Assembly: GCA_937625935.1 (NCBI GenBank)
Contig: OW569358.1
Location: forward strand, 1-64,000
From: Tetramitus jugosus
Taxonomy: Eukaryota > Protista > Heterolobosea
DNA length: 64,000 bases
Reading direction: 5' to 3'
The notes under the pieces are model-generated. The model made no database searches and had not been told where the DNA came from. It worked only from the letters and a program-made list of their open reading frames with translations. This document shows positions 54,715 to 64,000 of this stretch, piece after piece. Position 1 is the stretch's first letter, and every line of letters begins with the position of its first letter. The position numbers and the translations under genes were made by a program.

Positions 54715-57700
54715 ATGAGAAAAGCACTTGCTCCATCCACTTCGACAACAAACAAAGTTCTCTCCAAGAAGAAGAAGCCGGCTGACATTGAAAAAATCAT
54801 TGGAAACACTGTCACTCACCATTCATGCGCAGCTGTGAGTCCAAATGGTGAAGAGGTTGCTTACTGTGCGGGTTGCACCGTTGTGATCTACTCCCCAAAG
54901 AAGAACAAACAGCTCAGATTCCTCCAAAATCCCTCTGAGAACAAACCATTGACCTCTGTGTGCTTTAGCTCTGATGGAAAGAGAGTTGCTGCGGGTGAGT
55001 CTGGTTATCAACCATCTGTGCTTGTTTGGGATGCATGTACGGGAAGACTGATTTGTGATCTGAAGGAAGATCGACACAAGTTTGGTGTTCGATTCGTAGT
55101 GTTCTCACCCGATAGTAAATATTTGGTGTCGGTGGGTAATGAGCACGATGGAACGATTAAAATTTGGGCCAATAAGGCAAAGAGCTTTGAACTCGTTTGT
55201 TCAAAGACAAACCCTCGAAAGGTGAGTTACTATGTCTCAAATTGATGGTTGTTTTTTTTGAGATGACCGATCAACTAACTTCAACTTATAGACAAATGCA
55301 ATTGCTTTTGCTGCAGATGGATCATACTTTGTAACTGCTGGAGCAAAGCACGTCATCTATTGGACATTTAGGAGCACGACATTTGGTTCCAAAACAGAAG
55401 TAATGGCAACAAAGGCGAATCTTAATACTTTTAGTGAATCGACTATTGTTGCAGTGGCATGTGCCAAACAAACGAAGTACGTTGTCGATTACGTTTTCTT
55501 CGTTACCTCAGAACTAACAAAGTTACCTCAATGTTATTAAATGTTATTAGAGATGGACTGTATTGTTTGACTACAGAAGGAGTATTATGTCTCATTGATT
55601 CCAAGAAGGCGGTTGATAAGTGGGTAGAGTTGAAAGTTCTTTCTGGCTTCTCCATTAGTGTAGTTGAAAATTATGTTTGTTGTGGTTGCGCAACTGGATT
55701 CATCAGATTGTTCGAGACTAAAACTCTAAAGTACAAAGGAACTTTGCCCAAACCACCACCCGTTGGAACTCACATTACTTCTTCGAACTGGGTTGGAAAC
55801 AAACCTGTTGGTCAATTGCCGATTCCAGGTACCATTTCAGTTGATTTACGAGCCAATCATCTGACAGCTTTTTATGAAGATCGAACGATGATAGTTTGGG
55901 ACATTAGCAATTTACAACATTTTACAAAGTATAGATCGATGATATCACACAGTGATTCAGTTATGGATGTCGATTATTTACCTGAATGTAACACTTCATT
56001 ACCAAAAGGAACATTTGTCACTTGTTCGACAGATAATACAATTCGGTTTTGGAATATTGATGGAGAAGAACAATCGTCACTCAATATTCGAGGATCTATT
56101 GCTCAACAAAACCTTTTCTTCCGAGATCTGTTGCACATTATTAATATTCCTTATGCAAGAAACAGTGAATCTGAAACCGGTATCAAATGTGTTAGGTTTA
56201 GTCCTGATGGTGATATTATCGCATCGGGAGACTTCCAAGGTAACGTCAGGGTGTATGATGTACATTCGTTTAAAACACTTAGTGATACATCCGCACACGA
56301 TACTGTCGTAACAACCATGGACTTTACACAAGTGGGGGACAAACTATTCTTTGCAACGGGAAGTAGAGACAGACACGTGCACTTATTCCACTTGAACGAG
56401 AAAATATGTCAATGTGTCGCCACCTTTAATGAACATTCAGGAGCGGTCACATGTGTAAAATTCGCTCAGAATGATGGAGTCAGATTGTTGAGTTGTGGTA
56501 CCGACAAATCGATCAAGTTCCGCTTTGTTTCGACAGATAACATTGGAGATGTTGAGTTGTATGACAATAAGGCAGTTCCTTATGGAACAGTTTTTGATAT
56601 GGATATTGATACGACTCAAAAATACGCTGTAACAACTGGGCAAGATAAACGCTTAAATATATGGGATTTGAAAAAGAAGTCCTCAGTTCGAAGTTACAAA
56701 ACCGAGGTGGAGGCGGATGTGATCAAAGTTAAAATTGATCCCTCTGGAGTGTTCGCTGCTGGTAGTTTCACTGACAAAACGATTCGATTGTATGACTTCT
56801 TTAACGGATCGTTTGTCAAAAAGTTTAAGGGGCATTCAGAAGTGGTTACAGGAATAACATTCTCACATGATGGACGACGACTTATTACTGTCTCTGGAGA
56901 CGGTTGCATCTTTGTTTGGAGGCTTCCAACAGCAATTGTGAGCAGCATCCAAGAAAGGCTCGCTGAACTGCAACACCAACGCCTATCTCCACCTGTAACA
57001 TCTCCTAAGAAGGTTGAAAATGTGACACCCGTGTTCGAGCAATCCCCTGCCCCGCCTCTTAACCGACCAGGTATTCCTGACGATCAAATTGATTCTCTTC
57101 GAAGCATGGCGCTAAGAAACAGTCAAGATCAAGAGCCCAACGAGACCTTGGAAAATCCGATTGAGATTAATCTCGTTCCTTCTCTTCCATCTTGGGCGAA
57201 AGCAGTTCGAGAGAATACGGAAGAGGATGGATCAATCACAGAGAGAAAGAAGAAGAACGCATGGATGGAGCGTCAAGTCGCTCAATTCCAACTACCTCAA
57301 CACAATACAACCATTATTGATCAGACTAATCTAGCTGTACCGAAATTAGATGAAAGAATTGAGACTGGCCGAGATAACAGTCCTTCAGAAAGACAACAAT
57401 ACTCGAATCAATTCAATTCACAGTATGAAGATGAAGATGATGTCGTTTATACATCTGATAGCGAAATGGAAGACAATGGTGCTGAAGAAGAAGCAGACAA
57501 GAATGTTTTAGTCTATGAGACGAGCAATAATGATGAAGAAGACTTCTTAATCAAATCATTGGAAACCCCACCTCCACAAACCGATGGTTCTGATGAGGAA
57601 AAGGCTGTTGAGTCAGAACCTGAAGAAACAAGGGTTTCGAACGATGTCGAAGAGACAGAATCCAAACAATCAGAATTCGTATCCAAGCATTACAGCAACC

Positions 57701-58713
57701 TGGATAAACCTGTTGCCATTTCAGATATGAGAAGAAGCGTTACGTACCAATTTATTCTGAAGAAGAGTCAGAATGAAGACACTGTTGCAGAAGAGCAAGA
57801 TTTGCGTGATGTAATCAATGCTCTCCCACCATCGCGATTAGAATTTTCGTCTAATTCCCAACCAATGCCACCTCCAGAACCAAATAGCCGAAGCTCTATA
57901 TTCGATAATCTCAATCTTATAAGGCAACATGCCAACAAAAAGAAGCACAACACTCCAAATTTCAAAAAGGACATTGATCAATATTTGAACTATCACAAGG
58001 AAGCATTGACAAAGTATGATGAAGAGAAAAAACTAAAAGAAGATTCTCCTGATGGGGAGCAACCAGAAGAATCACAATCCGAAGAACTATCAGTGGAGGA
58101 CACTGCCGATGAGCAAGAAGAAAATCTGAACGCAGTAGACAATGATGCGGTTGTTGAAGAAAAGGTAGAAATTTCGGTCAATGGCCGGATTCCACAAATT
58201 CTAGTTACAGACATCATTGCTCCTACAACTGTCAAAGATCTGATGATGGATACTAAGCTTCCGACTCCTGAAAGCTCAGAGTCCGTGATCATATCGAAAC
58301 CAATTCAGGTGTCCCAGTCAATCAATCTGTGCAAGAATAAGATTGAGACTCTATCTCGAGTATTCTCAGAGACCATGCAATCTATAGATGATATAGCAAA
58401 GAGAATAGGGGAAACTGAAGTGACAGAAGAAGAAGAGGTGGAACAGGTGACTGGCTTAATTAATGAAGTTCAACACATGCTGGACTCGATGAAGGAAAAT
58501 CTCTCAAACAAAATTCAGTCGACGAATATTTCCACAGCTCTCTCGGGAAGACTCTCATTATCACAGACTTCTTCTACTCGAAATGTTGCTGCATCACAAA
58601 GTTTAAACTTGAGTTCTTTGGATGCCCCTGAAGTTGCTGATGTCCTGGAGAAGTATAGTTCGATGATGGTGGAACTATTCATGAAGAAGTTGTCTGATAA
58701 AACAAAGGAATAA
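54715..58713 (+). CDS. WD40 protein, WDR62/MAPKBP1 family; 3 exons (54715-55221, 55292-55476, 55551-58713)
   Basis: AYCAGCTVV, AAGESG, SVGNEHDG, DGSYFVTAG, VDKWVELK, FVTCSTDNTIRFW, GHSEVVTG..VSGDGCIFVWRL. Both GT-AG introns have CTAAC branch points and restore the frame. Confidence 0.88.
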
Positions 58714-59489
58714 ATGAGATTTAATCTTCTCTTCAAGGAGTCGAAGTATTATGCTTCATTGAACAATCCAACCGTACTTCAGAAGAACATGGTCGAAAAG
58801 CAAAATGAATTGTATCAGAATGAGCTGAGTGAGATTATAATCAACATGGTTTTGTGTTTTGGTTTAGTTTTTTCAGAAGACTGTCGTGAATTTTGATCAT
58901 CATTAAGAAATGGTCGATCACGTTCTTGTGAAATCGCGAGAATTCACTTGTGGTGGCCAACCCATGTGGGATTAGAAAAAATCAGGGCAAGCACGAAAAC
59001 CTTGAAACAATTTAAATACGGACCCAAAATGATAATTTTGCTGGAAAATTTCGGAGGATGTTTGAAGAAATTAAAGCAACACGCCGTCGCTTCCTCGCGG
59101 ATCATTAACACACTTTGAGACTGCAAGCCCTGTCTGACACTTGTGTTAAGGCAAATACGGGAATGTGGCTTCTATCCAGCGAGCATATGATCACTACCGA
59201 AAACGGTTGATTCGGAACTTGTAGAATCCGGGTTAGCTACCTGGTTGTAGAAACATCCTTCTCTTTTGACCTTTACTTTGGCGGTTCATCACCAACATTT
59301 GTTTGTTGTGAGACTTCAACAGTCTTCCTCGCTGTTTCTCTTTCGGCGGAGTTCACACAGAATTATCGCGCTTCATTGAACCTTGCCATAAAATTTTGAA
59401 TGGTCAATTTTCAACGAAAAACGCAAAGCAGCACAGTGAAAATTGTCAAACAATATAACAACAACAACAACAACAACATCACAACAAAA

Positions 59490-61313
59490 ATGGCCAAGAA
59501 AAAGACTACATCTACGCCATCCAAGGTGGCAACAACACCTTCCACCAAACAAAAATCATCACCATCATCAACAAAGAAGCCAACACCATCAAAGCAACCA
59601 ACTGCTACAACTGCTACTACAACCACACCAAAAGCTGAAAAGATTGAAGCGACAACCACGACTACCACGACTACTACACCAACTCCAACTCCAACAACAA
59701 CAGCTCCAAAATCAACGAAAACTGAGTCATCTTCATCATCATCAACTGAAGCTTCTGCTGCTACTGGGGCAACAACTGATAATGCTGAGCTCACCTATGG
59801 CTACGACTGGAGCCCAGAAGACTTGGAAACAAAAGACGGTTGGTTAACAAACATTCCCTATCAAAAGCTAAAGGTGAATGAATTGCTCATGAAGGCGATC
59901 AATGAGATGAAATTTGATAAGATGACAGAAATTCAAGCAAAGAGTGTTCCTGCTCTGTTGGCTGGTAAGGATTTGTTGGCTCAAGCAAAGACTGGTTCAG
60001 GAAAAACCCTTGCTTTTTTAATTCCCGCCATTGAGCTCTTGTATACGGCTCAATTTAAGGCGCGAAACGGAACGGGTGTTGTGATTATTTCTCCGACTAG
60101 AGAATTGGCCATTCAAATTTATGCAGTGGCAAAAGAGCTCATGAAATACATGTCTCAAACACACACCATTGTCATTGGTGGTAACAACAAGCACTTTGAA
60201 GAGCAAAAGCTACAAAAGGGTTGCAATCTTGTTGTGGCAACTCCTGGTCGTTTGTTGGACCATTTGATGAACACAAAGGGTTTCATCTACAAGAATCTGT
60301 TGAGTCTTGTGATTGATGAGGCTGATCGTATCCTCGAAGTTGGTTTCGAAGAGGAAATGAAGGCCATTGTTCGTCTGTTGCCAAAGAACCGCCAAACCAT
60401 GCTTTTCTCCGCCACTCAGACAACCAAGGTGGCTGATATTGCGCGCGTTTCTCTCAACAGAGACCCTGTCTACGTCGGAGTTACAAGTCACCTAGAGAAG
60501 AAGGATGGTGATGCTTCAAACAACACGGCCACCAACCTACAATTGGAGCAGGGCTATGTCGTTGTGCCAGCTCAAAACAAGTTTGTCCTCCTGTTCTCAT
60601 TCCTCAAGAGAAATCTAAAGAAGAAGGTGATTGTGTTCTTTAGTAGCTGTAGCTCTGTCAAGTATCACACTCAGCTGTTGAACTATATCAACATTCCAGT
60701 GATGAGCTTGCACGGAAAGATGAAGCAAACAGCCAGAACAAACACCTTTTTCAATTTCTGTAATGCTGAACAGGGCATCTTGTTGTGCACGGATGTTGCA
60801 GCAAGAGGTCTCGATATTCCACAGGTTGATTGGATCATCCAGTACGATCCACCTGAGAATCCAAAGGAGTACATTCACAGAGTTGGTCGTACGGCTCGTG
60901 CCGGCAACAGAGGAAAGGCCTTGTTGCTGTTGTTGCCATCAGAAGACGGATTTTTAAAGTATCTGAAGAGAGATGGTGTTCCATTGAATGAGTTGGAGTA
61001 TCCACAGAGTAAGATGGCCAACATTCAGTCAAAGCTCGATGATATCATCTCAACAAACTATTATTTGCATAGATTGGCTGAGGATGCATTCAAGTCTTAT
61101 ATTCGTTCCTACGCTGCTCACTCTCTCAAGGATATTTTCACATTGAAGAATTTGGATGTAGAGGGTACCACGAAGGCGTTTGGTCTTCAGAATACGCCAT
61201 ATGTTGATTTGAACGCTTTGGAAGTCGGTGTCAGTCATCGGTTAGAGAAGAAGAGAAAGGCTGACAATAGATGGATTAAGCAATCGGCAAAGAAGTCAAA
61301 GAATGACGAATAA
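59490..61313 (+). CDS. HAS1: DEAD-box RNA helicase Has1/DDX18
   Basis: [63 protein letters not shown]. Confidence 0.93.
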   Translation: MAKKKTTSTPSKVATTPSTKQKSSPSSTKKPTPSKQPTATTATTTTPKAEKIEATTTTTTTTTPTPTPTTTAPKSTKTESSSSSSTEASAATGATTDNAELTYGYDWSPEDLETKDGWLTNIPYQKLKVNELLMKAINEMKFDKMTEIQAKSVPALLAGKDLLAQAKTGSGKTLAFLIPAIELLYTAQFKARNGTGVVIISPTRELAIQIYAVAKELMKYMSQTHTIVIGGNNKHFEEQKLQKGCNLVVATPGRLLDHLMNTKGFIYKNLLSLVIDEADRILEVGFEEEMKAIVRLLPKNRQTMLFSATQTTKVADIARVSLNRDPVYVGVTSHLEKKDGDASNNTATNLQLEQGYVVVPAQNKFVLLFSFLKRNLKKKVIVFFSSCSSVKYHTQLLNYINIPVMSLHGKMKQTARTNTFFNFCNAEQGILLCTDVAARGLDIPQVDWIIQYDPPENPKEYIHRVGRTARAGNRGKALLLLLPSEDGFLKYLKRDGVPLNELEYPQSKMANIQSKLDDIISTNYYLHRLAEDAFKSYIRSYAAHSLKDIFTLKNLDVEGTTKAFGLQNTPYVDLNALEVGVSHRLEKKRKADNRWIKQSAKKSKNDE

Positions 61314-61343
61314 AGTTGCTTTCGCTTGAATTCAAGAACTTGT

Positions 61344-64000
61344 TTATTCTTCTGTCGTTTGTTCTTGCTGTTGGTGCTTTCGTTTTCTTCGGCGAGAAGG
61401 AACTCGTTCCATGACAGGTTCATTGTCACTGTCACTGGCAGGTGCCACCTTTCGTTTCTTGGCTGCTTTTGGCTTTTCTTCGTCTTCTGATACTTCAGCA
61501 CGTGAAGATTTGCTGGATGTTTCTGAACTGGTCTTCTTTCTCTTTCTTCTGATTGGTTTTGGTGCTGGTTCCTGTGATTCCTCTTGTTGCTGACTGTCAA
61601 ACTCATACTCTTCTTCACCTTCTTCAAGTGAGAACTTGTTGTTGTTTGTTGATCCCAGGATGTTGTCCAGTTCGATATCTCTGGCCATTCGGATTCGAGC
61701 CACGGGACCCACATCTTCACCTGCCGAGGTTGGATAAACATCTTCATGTTCGCTAAATACTTCTGATGAAAGTCCTTGCTTTCTCTTATTTTGTCTCCTG
61801 CTCTTTCTTTCAGAGTCACTGTAGACCTCTTCTTCAACATCAGAATCTTCACCCTTAAGAATGGAAACACCTTTCTTTGTTTTAAGGAACCAAGCCTCTA
61901 CGTGGTGATGCTTAGAAAAGACTGTATCATTAAGAAGCATAGCTCTCCAGTCTCTCACCAATGATAGAATGAGCTCTATCATCCGCTTATTCGTTCGCTC
62001 GCGCTTAGTCATTTGAATCTCAGCTTTGTCATGAGGATACAGGTCATTGGCCTTGCTTAGAACCTTTGAAAAGAAGGTCAGTGTGAGAACATTGAAGAAC
62101 AAGAGTTTAGAATCACACTCTTCAGCCACCAACTTGATCATGTCAAGGATATACGAATTCACTTCTGGACTGTTCAAAATATAGTCTTCAAGAAGCAACA
62201 TGTATGGTCGAACAGAGGATGCAGTAGCAAACTTTCGTTTGAATCTCTCTAAATCGAACTCAATTTGGCTATCGTATTGCTCGAGCTTCTCATCTTCAAC
62301 AGGTATAGGTTGCTCCTCACCGTCATTTGATGTTGTACCCTTTTTCTTTTTGCTTTGCTTTTTAGTATAGAAGGTTTCGAACTTTTCTTCCTCGTTGCTC
62401 TGCAATACTTCTAATAGATAGTGCACTAGCTCTACCATGTTAGTTAAGTAGTGTCTGGGTAGGAATGAGGGTTCAAATAGTCTGATCATTCTTGGAATAC
62501 ATTCAATTCTTTTAGGTTCATACAAAATCTTATGAAGCATCGCTGATGCAATTTGAACGTAGTCTCTCTTGGGACCCTTCTGTTGGAACATAATGTGAAG
62601 ACACAGTACGAATTCTTTCAAGAAATATGCAGATTGTGTCAAAGTGTTCCAGTCTTTTGTCTCATAGGCAAAATTGACTACTCGATCAAACAGATGCTGA
62701 ATTAGCTCGGGAAGTTCGATTACGGCTGCGATACTGGATATGTCAAACGAGATATCTCGCACATACACAGTAGACAACCTCTCACTAATCTCCTTGTGAT
62801 GCTCGAAGCTATGTCGATTAAAGTCCAGCATAAATGCGCCCAGGAATAAGAAGTTTGCTTCATGATTCGTATTGTCATTCGCTTCTTGTGTCAAGATTGA
62901 TTCTCTCTGATAGAGAATCGATTCCCAAATTCTTTCAAAGAATGAGTTGAAAGAATGCTTATAGAATACAAATAAAAAGTCCTTCAAGATCTGTTGTGTT
63001 CTGATATTTAGGTTCGAATAGTATGGATCGCGAATTCTTTCTCTAACACTAACTTGTCTTGCAATCACAACATCTTCTCCGAGTAGTGGATTATCTGCAG
63101 TAAAAATTTGTCGAACTACCTTAACAGTGTTGGGTTGCAACATCTTCTTCACCTCCTTCATTGGATTATCAGTCTCCTGATCATCATCATCGTCATTGAT
63201 GGGGTTAGATTGGGATAGTGGAGTTATAAAATAGGAGCCAAATCTGGAGTGTCTTGATGAGAGAGATGCCTCTTGATTTTCCTCCTGCTCTTGTTGTGCA
63301 GATAATAACTTTCTGAGCATTGCTTGGTCGTGATCGCTGGCCTTTGGAGCAGAGGCGGTTCGTGTAGTTGAGGAACTCGATTTGGCAATAGGTCTAGAGA
63401 GAGCTTTCTCTGCTGCGAATAAACCCTCTGGTGTTTCACTGTTTATCACAAGACAAATGAATTGAAGGCATTGGAAATACCACTCAATGACTTTGCTTCG
63501 AGTAAAGTTGTTCTTACTGACTTTAGCGTCATACTTAATAAATAGTTTTTGAATCAAAGCATTGATGAACGTTAGCATTCTTGTTTCATCCATTTGCTTA
63601 ATCATGAGTTCATGCATCTGTGATATTTGGTCGTTGGAGGAAAGTACATTGCTTTTGGCATCTGGGATCTTCAATAAATTAACAAGCAGTTGAATGACGA
63701 GCATTGTATATTCTTCGTAGGATAAAAGGGAAGAAGATTGTTTTGTTTCTAGCAGGAAGCTTCATTTGATGGTTCGTGTGAGTACATATCGGACAACAAA
63801 CAAGAACTGTTCATATACATACTTATTGTCTAAAGTTTCATCGTCACCTGGAATTAGCGTTTCCATGAGTGAAGAGATGGAGTTTCTCAGCAGAAATCCA
63901 AGTTTCATTTCTTGCAAAATTCGATATTGATCTCTCAGATGGAACCGTTCCCTCTTCTTTGCCACTCTCTTGTGTGTGATTATATCTGATAAATGTTTTG
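61344..64000 (-). CDS. Timeless/Tof1/Swi1 fork-protection protein (5' end outside the window; probable intron ~63822-63760)
   Basis: LLVNLLKIPD, SSRHSRFGS, F....FN.F and LFFNV..LTFF..L match Timeless N-terminal domain motifs. Confidence 0.72.

Overview
This is the left end of a compact, intron-poor eukaryotic chromosome read with the standard genetic code. It starts with about 125 copies of the telomeric repeat CCCAAA (TTTGGG on the other strand). Repeat type, gene density and N/Q-rich proteins suggest a heterolobosean (Naegleria-like) protist; this is an inference. Directly inside the telomere is a ~4-5 kb module: an intact 778-aa DIRS/Crypton-type tyrosine recombinase, a closely coupled coiled-coil ORF and an upstream 23-bp hairpin, all bounded by an internal telomeric tract. 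Next come an 8-unit array of palindromic 24-bp repeats with 15-bp variable spacers, a lox-like inverted repeat built from telomere-like arms, and a second copy of the 25-bp telomere-junction motif. This looks like a telomere-targeted, RT-free tyrosine-recombinase element and is the best candidate for a new system. The rest is mostly housekeeping genes: Rpn3, glomulin-like, RWD-Kelch-BTB, Sin1-PH-like, C45 peptidase, TMEM86, MGST3, Wee1, Med27, METTL25-like, ACSL, eIF3f, BLTP3-like, WDR62-like, Has1/DDX18 and Timeless. There are also bacterial-type genes, notably an intact MntA-type nucleotidyltransferase next to a frameshifted, unannotated DUF86/HepT toxin, and a divergent HD-fold protein. All family calls come from motif recognition by eye; no database searches were run.
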